Positions 47,736 through 58,085 are shown, numbered from the stretch's first letter. The stretch: 64,000 nt of DNA from Gemmatimonadota bacterium (GCA_034521595.1 JAXHMG010000002.1:160001-224000); one strand, 5' to 3'. Translations and numbers: made by a program. Notes: generated by a model not told the origin, from the letters alone.

Positions 47736-50207
47736 TCAGACGGTCGGACGGAGCTCGATCCACCCCGGGCCGGACGGGACCGGACGCACCACGGGTCCTC
47801 CGGGAACGCCGTCGGCTCTGGCTTCGAGGAGGTAATTGAACAGCTCGGGTCGGGCGTCCACGGCAGCGCCCCGGGTGATCAGGATCATCCTCGGGATCTC
47901 CTGCGTCAGCGCTTTCAGGAGCGACAACGTCCGGCTCCGGGTTTCGGAGTCCAAGCGGTCGAACGGCTCCTCGACGGGGAAGGAGGCCAGGACCCGGCCC
48001 GATCCCGCCGTCAGCGAAGCCGCCGCGAGACGCAACGCGAGTCGTGCAGCCGCGAGATCCTCCTCGGAAAGCGGATGGAGCACGCCCATGGTCCCCTGCA
48101 GGTGAGCTCGCCCACCGGATTCGGTCACGGCGAGGATCCGGCCTCCGGAGATGCGGCAGAGGAAGCGCGACGCTCGATCCAGGAGCTGATCCAGCGCACG
48201 TTGGAGTCGCGCGGCCCGCACCCGGCCGAGCGCCTCCACCACGGGCTTGTCGGGCCCTGCCAGCGCTCCCGCCAACTCCCCGTGCGAAGCCCCACCACCG
48301 CCCCGCTCCGCCAGCCGGTTGCGAAGGATCTCCACACGCTCCGATCCGGCCTCGATGGCCGCGTGGAGCCGCACGGCGCGGCCTTCGAGGTCCCGTAGGT
48401 GCTCGGGCTTCAGCTCGAGCTGCGCCCACCGACTCCGCCACCAGCTGCCGTCCTGCACCACCGCCTCCCATTCCTCCTTGAGCTCGGCGAGCACCGCTTC
48501 GTAGTGCGCGGCCAGCACACGGCCGCACGTCGGGCAAGGAGCGTCCGGACCGGCGGACTCCATCCTGCGAAGCCTCGCCCGCAGCTCCCGTGCCCGGTCG
48601 CGGTACGCCTGCAACGTGGTCTCGGCGTCCTGGCGCTCACGAAGCCAATCCATCGTGGCCGCTTCGAGGTCGCCGTCCACTTCCGCGGCGTCCGCCCGCA
48701 CCTGCTTGAGCTCCCGCTCGGCGGCATCCAGCTCTTCGGCGAGCGCCCGGCTCTCGGCCGAGCCGCTGGCCATCGCGTCCCCCCGATCGTCCGACGCCGG
48801 CCCCGGACGGTGGTCCGGATCGACCCCGGCCCGGTCCAGGGCAGCATCCAGGACGGTCAAACCCCTGCTGGCCGCGACCGCCTCGACGGCCAGCCTCAGC
48901 GCCGAATCGAGGGTTTCGGCCTCGATGCCCTGCCAGAGCCTGCCGAGCGGACTCGCGTCGCCGATCCGGCCACGGACGAACTCGGCCACGGCGCGACGGG
49001 TGCGTGAGCCCCCGCCGAACACCGCGGTGAGCCCTTCCGGAATGGACGTGCTGATCCGCCCGAGCCCCGGGACCGTTCCCTCGAGCACTTCCATGCGCCC
49101 CACCGGATGGGAGCCGAGGTCTTCCTCTTCGGGGAGCCACGCCGCAAGCCGATCGAGGGCCTCCGCCGAGCTCGAGCCTTCTCGCATCAGCTCCGCCTCC
49201 ACGGCGTCGCGGAGCCGTCGCACGGCCTCGGTCGGCAACCAGGCTTCCGCGGGCACGCGCGGCTCACGGCCGACTTCCACGGCGAGGTGGAGCGCCCGGT
49301 CCCGTAGCTCTTCGATCGGGGTCCCCTGGAGCGCGAGCAGGTCCGAGGGAACCGCGCCTTCGAGCCGTACCCGCACGATCTTGCCCTCGATGCCGCCCGG
49401 GACCTCGTCGGCGACCTCCCGCACCCGCCGCCGGACCCGGTCGGGGTCACCCGAGCCCACCTTGATGGGGGCGAGGGCCACGACCGGCCTCCCGCGAACC
49501 CGATGAAACGTCGCTTCCCCCCGTTCGACATCGACGGTCACGAACCCCTTTTCGTCCGCCGCTTCGTCCCACGGATCGAGGGCGACGCGCTCGAGCGAGC
49601 CGGCGTACCGCACTCCTCTCGTCACCTCCCGGGCTCGGTGCTCCCCCCCGAGCGCGACGTAGTCCCATTCGTCCGGTTCCACGTGCACGCCGCGCACCGG
49701 CCCTCCCGAAGCGGTGTGTGCATGCAGCACGAGGAGATTCCAACGGCGAGTCGGGTCGGGCTCCGGCACCACCGGTGGTTCCCGGACCGCCGCGCGATGG
49801 GGGACGAGACACGCATGCAGGTCGAGCCGGTCGATCAGGATGGACCGGGTGAGCCCGGTCGCGGCCTCCACGTTCGAGAACGTGTCCAACACGGCGAGGG
49901 CGCCCGGATCCCCCGAGCGGCGGGGGGTGTCTCTGGGCCCCGCCACCATCAGGACGGGAGCTCCGGACAGCGAGGAACGCAGCAGCTCGAGCCCCCGGGC
50001 GAGCGCGACCACGGCTCCGGCCGGCGGGTCCGGCCGGTCGAACACGTCCCCGGCCACGACCACCACGTCAGGCCCGATTCGTACGAGCTCCCCCACGGCA
50101 CGCTCGAACGCGGCCGATACGTCCCGCTCCCGGATGTTCATCTCGCTCTCGACGCGGCCGTACGCCCGAAATCCGAGATGGAGATCCGAGAGATGGGCGA
50201 CGATCAC
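47736..50207 (-). CDS. SbcD(Mre11)-SbcC(Rad50) fusion protein with degenerate catalytic motifs
   Basis: N-terminal HLSDLHLG and AGDVFD; C-half has coiled coil, CPTC hook and EEPFDRLD. Confidence 0.8.
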   Translation of the reverse strand: MIVAHLSDLHLGFRAYGRVESEMNIRERDVSAAFERAVGELVRIGPDVVVVAGDVFDRPDPPAGAVVALARGLELLRSSLSGAPVLMVAGPRDTPRRSGDPGALAVLDTFSNVEAATGLTRSILIDRLDLHACLVPHRAAVREPPVVPEPDPTRRWNLLVLHAHTASGGPVRGVHVEPDEWDYVALGGEHRAREVTRGVRYAGSLERVALDPWDEAADEKGFVTVDVERGEATFHRVRGRPVVALAPIKVGSGDPDRVRRRVREVADEVPGGIEGKIVRVRLEGAVPSDLLALQGTPIEELRDRALHLAVEVGREPRVPAEAWLPTEAVRRLRDAVEAELMREGSSSAEALDRLAAWLPEEEDLGSHPVGRMEVLEGTVPGLGRISTSIPEGLTAVFGGGSRTRRAVAEFVRGRIGDASPLGRLWQGIEAETLDSALRLAVEAVAASRGLTVLDAALDRAGVDPDHRPGPASDDRGDAMASGSAESRALAEELDAAERELKQVRADAAEVDGDLEAATMDWLRERQDAETTLQAYRDRARELRARLRRMESAGPDAPCPTCGRVLAAHYEAVLAELKEEWEAVVQDGSWWRSRWAQLELKPEHLRDLEGRAVRLHAAIEAGSERVEILRNRLAERGGGGASHGELAGALAGPDKPVVEALGRVRAARLQRALDQLLDRASRFLCRISGGRILAVTESGGRAHLQGTMGVLHPLSEEDLAAARLALRLAAASLTAGSGRVLASFPVEEPFDRLDSETRSRTLSLLKALTQEIPRMILITRGAAVDARPELFNYLLEARADGVPGGPVVRPVPSGPGWIELRPTV

Positions 50208-51592
50208 GAGGGCTGGCGGCTGCCGCCGAGAGGACGCCCGGCCGCCTCCGTCGGAGGCGGAGCACGTCGTGCCACGAGCACCTCGTCGCGAGTCTCGGAT
50301 CGATCCCGCCGCTCGGTCTCCCAGTCGGGCGGCCCGAACCCCCTTGGATGGTGCGCGGCCTTCGGGCCCCAGACCATGACGCCCTCGGGTGCCAGGAGCT
50401 CACCGAGACGCCGCTGCGCCGCCTTGGACACCGCCTCCAGACCGCCGACCGCGTCGAAGGCCCGGCCATCGACCAGGACGAGATCGAACGGGCCCTCGAG
50501 CTCCGAGAGCCGGTCGGCGAGGTTGCCGGTCAGAACCCGCCGCCTGGACCGGTCGAAACCCTCACCCTCCTCGGCCTGTTCTTCGACCTGCTCCCACTCC
50601 GGCACCGTGCCGAAGTGGCTGAGGCCGAGCTCCACGACGCAGTGCGCCCGCTCCAGAACGGTCACCTCGGCCCGCTCGTGCCGTGCCAGAACTTCGGAGG
50701 GAGCGTGCGACGCGCCACCCCCGACGTGGAGGACGCGGGGCGCCTCAGGGGCATCGGAGGATGCGAGGATCTCCCTCGCCGTGGCCACGTCCCAGGCGAT
50801 CTCGCTTCCGGACGCCCACGTCCCATCCCCGACGCTCCGGCCATCCCCGCCACGCTCCGCCCGCTGAACCGTCCGGACGACGTCACCTTCGAGCAACAGC
50901 CATTCGATCACGTCCCCACCCGCGTGCACCCGCTCCTCCACTCGAACCGGTGGCGGGCCCACACACCCCTTCGCCACCTCGCGCCGGCGAGGCGTACCGG
51001 ATCGGACCACTCCGTACGTCATGCCACCGAGCGACACGAGGACGAGACAGAGGACGAGCAACGACGCCGGGGTCGGCGCCTGGGGGAGCAGAAAACCCGT
51101 GAGCGCGAAACCCGCGGCCGCCCCGAAGGCCCCCACCGAGGCATGCCGGGGTGGGACGGCGCCGGCATTGCGATACGCCTCGAACACCAGTCCGCTCAGG
51201 AGCGCTCCGCACGCGTAGAGGGGGAGCCCGACCAAAACGGCCAGCCCCAGCCCCTGCCCGACCCGACCACTCCCGATCGTGGGCACCATCGTCCAAACCG
51301 TCCCGAACACCGTCGCCGCCAGGAACGCGACCAAGGTGAAGATCCACCTTCGGCGTATGCCGTCGACCGGCTCCGGCTTGGGGTACGGAGTCCACAGTCC
51401 GACCGCGAGCGCCGTCGCTTCGACGGTCAGAACGGTGGTCAGGGAGCGAGTGAAGCCCGGACCGCTGTAGAGAAGCAGACCCATGCCCACCTCGGCGGCC
51501 ACGGCGCTCGCGAATCCGACCACGAACACGGGCACCCACCCGAGGGGATGCCGGGCCTCGCCGGGCGGTCGACCCGCCGGACCTGCGCTCAC
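50204..51592 (-). CDS. Membrane-fused spermidine-synthase-like methyltransferase-fold protein
   Basis: About six N-terminal TM segments; RVLHVGGG, VTVLE, FDLVLVD, LAPEGV. Confidence 0.7.
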   Translation of the reverse strand: MSAGPAGRPPGEARHPLGWVPVFVVGFASAVAAEVGMGLLLYSGPGFTRSLTTVLTVEATALAVGLWTPYPKPEPVDGIRRRWIFTLVAFLAATVFGTVWTMVPTIGSGRVGQGLGLAVLVGLPLYACGALLSGLVFEAYRNAGAVPPRHASVGAFGAAAGFALTGFLLPQAPTPASLLVLCLVLVSLGGMTYGVVRSGTPRRREVAKGCVGPPPVRVEERVHAGGDVIEWLLLEGDVVRTVQRAERGGDGRSVGDGTWASGSEIAWDVATAREILASSDAPEAPRVLHVGGGASHAPSEVLARHERAEVTVLERAHCVVELGLSHFGTVPEWEQVEEQAEEGEGFDRSRRRVLTGNLADRLSELEGPFDLVLVDGRAFDAVGGLEAVSKAAQRRLGELLAPEGVMVWGPKAAHHPRGFGPPDWETERRDRSETRDEVLVARRAPPPTEAAGRPLGGSRQPS

Positions 51593-52098
51593 GAGGCGAC
51601 CGACCCGAAGGCCCCTTCGTGGTAGACCATGGACGGCTGCTCACTCACGCCCGTGGCACGCACTTCGCCCACGATGATCGTGTGATCACCCCCCGGATGC
51701 GCTTCGTGGAGCGTGCACTGAAGCCACGCGGAAGCCCCCCTTATGACCGGATGCCCGTCCGGCCCCACGAACCACTCCACCTCGTCGAAGCGACCCTCCG
51801 AGGGATCGACCGCGAAGCGACTCGCGACCGAAGCCTGCGCTTCGGAGAGGACGCTGATACCGAACCCTTCGGCCTCGAGGATCCGATCATGGGTATCCGA
51901 CGACCGATCGATGCAAACCAGGACGAGGGGCGGCTCGAGCGAGACCGACGTGAAGGCGCTCACGGTCAATCCCCACGGATAGCCGGAAGCATCGGTAACG
52001 GCCACGACGGTCACCCCGGTGGGAAAGCGTCGCATGGCTTGCCGGAAGTCGCCCGTGCTCACTGGTGAAACCATTGGCTCGTCATCCTCGGGAGGCAC
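51589..52098 (-). CDS. Flavin reductase (HpaC-like)
   Basis: FPTGVTVV, FTSVSLEPPLV, GGDHTIIVGEV; start may be a downstream ATG/GTG. Confidence 0.92.
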   Translation of the reverse strand: MPPEDDEPMVSPVSTGDFRQAMRRFPTGVTVVAVTDASGYPWGLTVSAFTSVSLEPPLVLVCIDRSSDTHDRILEAEGFGISVLSEAQASVASRFAVDPSEGRFDEVEWFVGPDGHPVIRGASAWLQCTLHEAHPGGDHTIIVGEVRATGVSEQPSMVYHEGAFGSVAS

Positions 52099-52200
52099 GA
52101 TGGAGTCGCCGGGGCGTGCTTGCTCGTCGGTGCCTCACCGCTAGGTTTCGAAGCCCGAGCCGAGGCGGTGCCGGACAGCGAAACTGGACTGAAGGCCCTG

Positions 52201-53190
52201 ATGCGACGCCATTTCCTAACGATTGCGGTGATCTTAACCGTGGCCAGCGGCTGCGACAACGTGGCGTGGGGTGGAATCGACGTCACGATCGAGTCGCCCT
52301 CGACGCTCGCGGACACCGGCCGGGACTCCGCGAGCGTCGAGGAGCCCGAAGCGCCCCAACCCCGCCTGGGACCCGCGCTCTTGGCTGGTAGACGCCAAGG
52401 TTCCGAGGTGCGGCTGTCTCCGGTGGGCATGCTCCTCGACGACTCCCTCGCCCCGCTCCCCGGCCCGGCCGACAGCGCCGCGCACGCCGAGGCGCTAGCC
52501 ATGCTCGACAGCGGCTCGGAGTGGGTGCTCTTCGGCGCCGGCGCGAGAATCGGGACGCTGCGCGTCACCGAAACGGCGCAGGACCCGGAGCTGTGCGGCC
52601 TCGACCGCGTGCTCGTGGGCCCGCCGGAGCTGTTGCCGGATGCGGCGAACCAGGAACGCTTCCTCGCCCTCTCCGCCGACTACGCCGAGGCCTGGTCGGC
52701 AGGTGAATACGCGCCGCTCGCGCACAACTATAACCAACGGGTGGCTTCACTCGAGCTGGGTGGGGCCGCGCTTCCCCGTGTCGGAGCGCGCTGGCCGGCC
52801 GAGGGCATGCTCGGCTCGAGGCAGGACATCCAGGCGTTCCGGCCCGCCGAGGACGCCACACCTTCGATCGCCGCGACGTTCGTCGTCGGAGACGCGCTCG
52901 ACACTTCGGCGCCCTCCACCGACGCGTACGCGCTCTTTCTGATGGCCCGCGAGAGCCCCGAAGGATTCGAGGAGACGTACCTCTGGTACCGGCCGGCGGC
53001 CGAGGGCAAAGCGGTGCCCCGCCTGGTCGAGCACCTCGACTGGGATCGAGACGGACGCGCCGAAGCGCTGTTGGAGGTGCTGGGAGAGGGCCGCCGAGGG
53101 TACGTCGGCTTGGAACGGGACGACGACGGAGCCTGGAGCGAGGCCTACCGGAGTCCCTGCGCCCATACGTCGGGGACCACGGAGCGTTGA
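52201..53190 (+). CDS. Lipoprotein of unknown function
   Basis: Lipobox ASGC; C-terminal LDWDRDGRAE motif. Confidence 0.7.
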   Translation: MRRHFLTIAVILTVASGCDNVAWGGIDVTIESPSTLADTGRDSASVEEPEAPQPRLGPALLAGRRQGSEVRLSPVGMLLDDSLAPLPGPADSAAHAEALAMLDSGSEWVLFGAGARIGTLRVTETAQDPELCGLDRVLVGPPELLPDAANQERFLALSADYAEAWSAGEYAPLAHNYNQRVASLELGGAALPRVGARWPAEGMLGSRQDIQAFRPAEDATPSIAATFVVGDALDTSAPSTDAYALFLMARESPEGFEETYLWYRPAAEGKAVPRLVEHLDWDRDGRAEALLEVLGEGRRGYVGLERDDDGAWSEAYRSPCAHTSGTTER

Positions 53191-54107
53191 CGCGCCCTTC
53201 ATCGGCGCCACGCCGCGTCGCGCGGCCGCGGCTCCGCTTTTGGGCGTGCCTCTGCGCTTGCGTTGCGGGGCTGGCGGCGGCGTGCGATGCGCCGGAGCAG
53301 GACGCGAGCCAGTCGTCGATGTCCGGCGCGATCGAAGTCCGGGATGCGAGCGGCCGCACCGTGCGGCTCGCTGACCCAGCCACCCGCGTCATCTCCCTCG
53401 TGCCTTCCGCCACGCTCACCCTCCGGGCGATTGGCGCCGCGGACCATCTGGTGGGACGCACCGACTTCGACGAGGGAGTGGGCCTCGACTCCCTGCCTTC
53501 GGTCGGTGCCGGCCTGGAGCCGAGCCTCGAGGCCATCGTCTCGTTGCGCCCGGATCTGGTCGTACGCTTCGCCGGCGACCAGGACCGCCGCACCCCGTCA
53601 CGGCTCGACGACCTGGGCATTCCGCACCTCGCCGTCCGGCCCGACAGGATCGAGGACGTCCTCGCGAGCATCGACATGCTCGGACGGGTGACGGGGCGCT
53701 CGGCGGCCGCCGATTCGCTCGTCGACCAAATCCGCGCCGATCTGGATCGGGTCGGGGAGCTGGTCGCGTCCCGACCGCCCCTCGAGGTCGCCTACGTGCT
53801 CGGCGGCACACCCCCGTGGGTCGCGGGTCCCGGCACGTACATCCACGAGCTCATCGAGCTCGCCGGAGGGGAGAACGTCTTCGCCGACCTCGACAACCTC
53901 TACCAGGCGGTGAGTCCGGAGGAGATCCGGTCCCGTGCCATCGATGTCGTGCTCGTGTCCGGCACCGACGTCTTCGACCGGACATTGGCACCCGACGCGC
54001 GCATCGAGACGGTCGACGAGAGCCTCGAGATTCCCGGTCCGAGCCTCGCGAGCTCGGCACGCCGCATGGCCGAGCTGCTACACGGTCCGCTTCCCTCCGG
54101 GCCATGA
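53187..54107 (+). CDS. BtuF/HmuT-type substrate-binding lipoprotein
   Basis: LAAAC; RVISLVPSAT, EAIVSLRPDLV, ELIELAGGEN, SPEEI. Confidence 0.88.
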   Translation: MTRPSSAPRRVARPRLRFWACLCACVAGLAAACDAPEQDASQSSMSGAIEVRDASGRTVRLADPATRVISLVPSATLTLRAIGAADHLVGRTDFDEGVGLDSLPSVGAGLEPSLEAIVSLRPDLVVRFAGDQDRRTPSRLDDLGIPHLAVRPDRIEDVLASIDMLGRVTGRSAAADSLVDQIRADLDRVGELVASRPPLEVAYVLGGTPPWVAGPGTYIHELIELAGGENVFADLDNLYQAVSPEEIRSRAIDVVLVSGTDVFDRTLAPDARIETVDESLEIPGPSLASSARRMAELLHGPLPSGP

Positions 54108-55096
54108 GCCGCTGGGCCTTGGGCGTCGGCCTGACGGTCGCCACCCTCGCCTCCGTCCTTCTCGGCGTGCGCCTCGGCTCGGTTCCGCTCTCGACGGCCG
54201 AGGTGCTCGGCGCGCTCGGCGGAGGCGGAGATCCGGTGGCCCGGGATATCGTGGTCCGGCTGCGGCTTCCCCGGGTCCTGCTCGGGTTGCTCGTGGGGGG
54301 TGGGCTCGCGATCTCGGGGGCCACCTTCCAGGCGCTGCTTCGAAACCCGCTCGCCGAGCCCTACATCCTCGGTATCTCGGGTGGGGCATCCGTCGGCGCG
54401 GTGCTCGTGCTCGCGTTCGGTTGGATCGCGGCCGGATCCTGGGCCCTCCCCCTCGCGGCATTCATCGGCGCGCTCGTCGCCATCGGGCTCGTCTTCCGGG
54501 TCGCCACGGCGACGGGGCGAGCGATGGACGTACGCGTGCTCCTCCTCGCCGGCGTCGTCGTGGCGGCATTCTTCTCGGCATGCATCGCCTTCATTCTCTC
54601 CATCTCGCCCGCGCGCACGGTGCAGAGCGCCGTCCTCTGGATCATGGGCAGCTTGGCCGGCGCCACCTGGCGTGGGGTCCTCCTGACCGCCGTTTACACC
54701 ACGCCCGCCGTGCTCCTGTTGATCGGGTTGGCCCGACCGCTCAATCTCCTCTCCATCGGCGAGGAAACCGCCCACCACCTCGGAGCCGACGTGGAGCGCG
54801 TCAAGCGCGCGTCCCTCGCGGTGGCGGCGCTCATCACCGCCTCCGGGGTCGCGGTCGCCGGCGTCATCGGGTTCGTCGGGCTGATCGTTCCACACGCGGT
54901 CCGACTCCTCGTCGGCTCCGACCACCGGGCTCTGCTTCCGCTCTCGTTCTTGGCGGGTGCCGCATTCCTCACCCTCGCGGACCTCGCGGCCAGGCTGACG
55001 CTCGCTCCCACCGAGATCCCCATCGGGGTGATCACGGCCTTCATCGGCGTCCCGTTCTTCCTCGTGCTCCTCCGGCGTAGCGTGACGGGTCGATGA
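54104..55096 (+). CDS. BtuC/FecCD-type ABC permease
   Basis: RLPR, LRNPLAEPYILG, IGFVGLIVPH, EIPIG. Confidence 0.95.
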   Translation: MSRWALGVGLTVATLASVLLGVRLGSVPLSTAEVLGALGGGGDPVARDIVVRLRLPRVLLGLLVGGGLAISGATFQALLRNPLAEPYILGISGGASVGAVLVLAFGWIAAGSWALPLAAFIGALVAIGLVFRVATATGRAMDVRVLLLAGVVVAAFFSACIAFILSISPARTVQSAVLWIMGSLAGATWRGVLLTAVYTTPAVLLLIGLARPLNLLSIGEETAHHLGADVERVKRASLAVAALITASGVAVAGVIGFVGLIVPHAVRLLVGSDHRALLPLSFLAGAAFLTLADLAARLTLAPTEIPIGVITAFIGVPFFLVLLRRSVTGR

Positions 55097-55872
55097 AGAT
55101 CGCGGCGGAGGGCATCGTCGTGCGGTACCCCGGGAGCAGCGCTCCGGCCTTGGACGACGTCTCCATGAACGTGCCGTCGGGCTCGCTCTACGCGGTGCTG
55201 GGACCGAACGGCTCCGGAAAGTCGTCGCTCATGCGCGCGTTGCTCGGCATACGGCCGCTGGAGCGAGGGCGTGCGCTCCTGGAGGACCGTCGCGTCGAAG
55301 ATTGGGACCGGCGCGCGCTCGCCCGTGCGGTAGGCGCGGTGACCCAGAGCGAAGCGATCTCGTTCCCGCTCACCACACGCGAGATGGTGGCCATGGGCCG
55401 CTACCCCTACCTCGGCCCCCTCGAAAGGGAGCGCGACACCGACCGGAACGCCATCGAGCGCGCTCTGTCCTCATGCGATCTCCTGGAGCTCGCCCGACGC
55501 GACGTGACCACGCTCTCGGGCGGAGAATTCCAGCGAGCGCGCCTCGCCCGCGCACTGGCGCAGGAGCCACGGGCCCTGGTTCTCGACGAGCCGACCGCCA
55601 GCCTCGACGTGGGTCACGAGATGACGATCCTCGAGCTCCTCAGATCCTCGGCGGACGCCGGAATCACCGTGCTCCTGATCACCCACGGCCTCGATATGGC
55701 GTCCCGCTTCGCCGATCGCCTGCTCCTCCTGTCTCGCGGGATCGTGGCCGCGGAAGGGACGCCCCAGGAGGTCGTGCGCGAGGAAATCCTGCGCGAAGTG
55801 TACGGGTGGCCGCTCGCGGTGCACGAAGATCCCACCACGGGGGCTCCGAGGGTCACACCTCTTTCTTCCTGA
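55093..55872 (+). CDS. BtuD/FecE-type ABC ATPase
   Basis: GPNGSGKS, LSGGE, LDEPT. Confidence 0.95.
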   Translation: MKIAAEGIVVRYPGSSAPALDDVSMNVPSGSLYAVLGPNGSGKSSLMRALLGIRPLERGRALLEDRRVEDWDRRALARAVGAVTQSEAISFPLTTREMVAMGRYPYLGPLERERDTDRNAIERALSSCDLLELARRDVTTLSGGEFQRARLARALAQEPRALVLDEPTASLDVGHEMTILELLRSSADAGITVLLITHGLDMASRFADRLLLLSRGIVAAEGTPQEVVREEILREVYGWPLAVHEDPTTGAPRVTPLSS

Positions 55873-55913
55873 TCGCTCCTCGCGCCCGGCGGTGGCGACC
55901 GGCCACGCACTGC

Positions 55914-56903
55914 TCAGTACTCCGCCATGCCTTCGGCGTCTTCGCGAAGGGTGACATAGCTTCCGTACCGAGACTCCGGAATCCGCCCCTCCTCGACGGC
56001 CTCTAGCACGGCACAGTCCGGCTCGTGCCGGTGGGTGCACGACCGAAACCGACATGCCGCGCCCATTGCGTGGATCTCGGGAAAGCAGATCTCCACGTCT
56101 TCCGGTGCGATACCCCAGAGCGCGACGTCACTGAACCCCGGCGTATCCGCGACCAGCCCGCCGCTCGCGAGGCGGATGAGCCTGGAGCCGACGGTCGTGT
56201 GTCGGCCCGTCGACGTCTTTCCGGACAGGGCTCCGACCTTCAAGGAGAGTCCGGGCTCGAGTGTGTTCAGGAGGGACGATTTGCCGACACCGGACGGGCC
56301 CACGAGCGCCGAAGCTCCCGAAGCGCACAGCGCGCGGAGCGTATCCATGCTCTCGCCGGTCACGGCGCTCACCGCGAGCACATCGTAGCCGAGCCCACCG
56401 TACAGCTCCGTCAAAGCACCGACGTCAGCCGCATCCTTCGCGAGATCCACCTTGTTGACCACCAGGACCGGACGCATGCCGCTGGCCTCGACGAGGGCCA
56501 GCAGGCGGTCGATCAGCTCGGGCGTGGCCTCCGGCTCGCCGAACGCGACCACGGCCAGGACCCGGTCGAGGTTCGCGGCCAACACCTTTCCGCTCCGCCC
56601 GCCCCGCCCGCGTCGGACCAAGGCGGTGCGCCTGGGCTCCACCCCCTCCACGGTCCACGCTTCATCCGAAGGAGCCACACGGACTCGGTCGCCGATGACC
56701 GCCTGGGCTGCTTCGTCGGGACGCCGCTTCAACCGACCCCGGAGCGTCGCCTCCACCCGCCGACCGTCATCCAGCTCGACCACGTACGCTCCACCCGCGC
56801 TGGCATGCACGGTACCGAAAAGCGCCCCCTGCGGGAGCGTGTCGTCACTCCCACGGGGGGCGCCTCGGGACCTTCCCGGCCGCCTTCGCGGCCCGGCCGT
56901 CAC
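55914..56903 (-). CDS. rsgA: Small ribosomal subunit biogenesis GTPase
   Basis: NKVD, GPSGVGKS, GRHTT, DTPG, CRFRSCTHRHEPDC. Confidence 0.96.
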   Translation of the reverse strand: MTAGPRRRPGRSRGAPRGSDDTLPQGALFGTVHASAGGAYVVELDDGRRVEATLRGRLKRRPDEAAQAVIGDRVRVAPSDEAWTVEGVEPRRTALVRRGRGGRSGKVLAANLDRVLAVVAFGEPEATPELIDRLLALVEASGMRPVLVVNKVDLAKDAADVGALTELYGGLGYDVLAVSAVTGESMDTLRALCASGASALVGPSGVGKSSLLNTLEPGLSLKVGALSGKTSTGRHTTVGSRLIRLASGGLVADTPGFSDVALWGIAPEDVEICFPEIHAMGAACRFRSCTHRHEPDCAVLEAVEEGRIPESRYGSYVTLREDAEGMAEY

Positions 56904-57805
56904 GCCGCGAAGGACTCCAGAGCGTTGCCCTTGTCGCCTTCACGGAGACGCCGCAGGGCACGATCACGGAGCTGGCGGATCCGCTCGCGCGTCACGCCGA
57001 GCAGGTTGCCGATCTCTTCGAGGGTGTGCTCACGCTCACCTTCCAAACCGAAGTACAGTCGCAGCACCTTGGCGTCGCGCGCCTCGAGCGTGGACAGCGC
57101 CTCGGTGATCATCTCCGTGAGCAGGCGACCTTCGACCTCGATCTCCGGCTCCGCGGCCTCCTCGGTGATGAACCGTTCGACGAGCTGAGAGTCCTCCGAG
57201 TCACCGATCGGCGCGTCGAGTCGGATCTCGGCCGCGTTCAGCGTCTGCAGCGACTCGACGAGCTCCGGCGTGAGCGCGGTGGCTTCGGCCAGCTCGTCGG
57301 TCGACGGGTCGCGCCCTTTCTCCTGCTTGAGACGCTCCTTTTCCCGGAAGATCCGAGCCAGATCGCTCGCGCGGTTCAGCGGCACGCGCACGGCACGGCC
57401 GTGATTGGCCAGCGAGGCGAGAATGGCCTGACGGATCCACCACACGGCGTAGCTGATGAACTTCACGCCCTGCTCGGGATCGAACTTCCGCGCGGCCGTC
57501 ACGAGCCCGACATTTCCTTCCTGGATCAGGTCCGTGAGGGAGACGCCACGATTCTGGTACTTCTTCGCGACGCTGATCACGAAGCGCAGGTTCGCGCGAG
57601 CGAGCTCCTGAATCGCATCCTGATCACCCTTCTGGGCAAGCGCGCCGAGCTCCTTCTCACGCTCGGGCGTGATGAGCTCATGACGGCTCACGTCGCGCAG
57701 ATACTGGTCGAGGGCGCTCTGCTCCTCCACGCTGGCGTCGAAGCCGGAGAGCAGGTTGCCTTTACCACGACGTTGCTGACGCTTTCCAGTCGGGGCAGCT
57801 GCCAT
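56900..57805 (-). CDS. Sigma-70 family factor (RpoD/RpoS-like, no region 1.1)
   Basis: NLRFVISVAKKY, DLIQEGNVGL, KFISYAVWWIRQ, TLEEIG..TRERIRQ. Confidence 0.95.
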   Translation of the reverse strand: MAAAPTGKRQQRRGKGNLLSGFDASVEEQSALDQYLRDVSRHELITPEREKELGALAQKGDQDAIQELARANLRFVISVAKKYQNRGVSLTDLIQEGNVGLVTAARKFDPEQGVKFISYAVWWIRQAILASLANHGRAVRVPLNRASDLARIFREKERLKQEKGRDPSTDELAEATALTPELVESLQTLNAAEIRLDAPIGDSEDSQLVERFITEEAAEPEIEVEGRLLTEMITEALSTLEARDAKVLRLYFGLEGEREHTLEEIGNLLGVTRERIRQLRDRALRRLREGDKGNALESFAA

Positions 57806-58085
57806 TGTGTTCTATTCTCCTTCGAGTCTTCTCCCGCGCCAAGACGGTTGAAAAACGGACCGTCCCGCAGACCGGAAGAGCATAGACATCATAAACTCCT
57901 AAGCCGTTTAAGGTGCCGGGGCCGGCCAGGAGTGTCAACGTTACTTGAGCGGCACTCTTACTCTGTGCCTCCCGTGAGGTTCCGCCCTCCAACCTCCATA
58001 TAGCGCCTCGCACGCCGTGCTGCAAAATCGGAGGCCGGGCATCCGGTTGCTCCGCGGATGAACACTCCCCTAGCTTGGCGTTCTC

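Noticed and set aside
52099-52200. Cobalamin riboswitch ahead of the Btu-like operon
   Set aside because: Region is short and lacks the conserved GGGAA and B12-box motifs.
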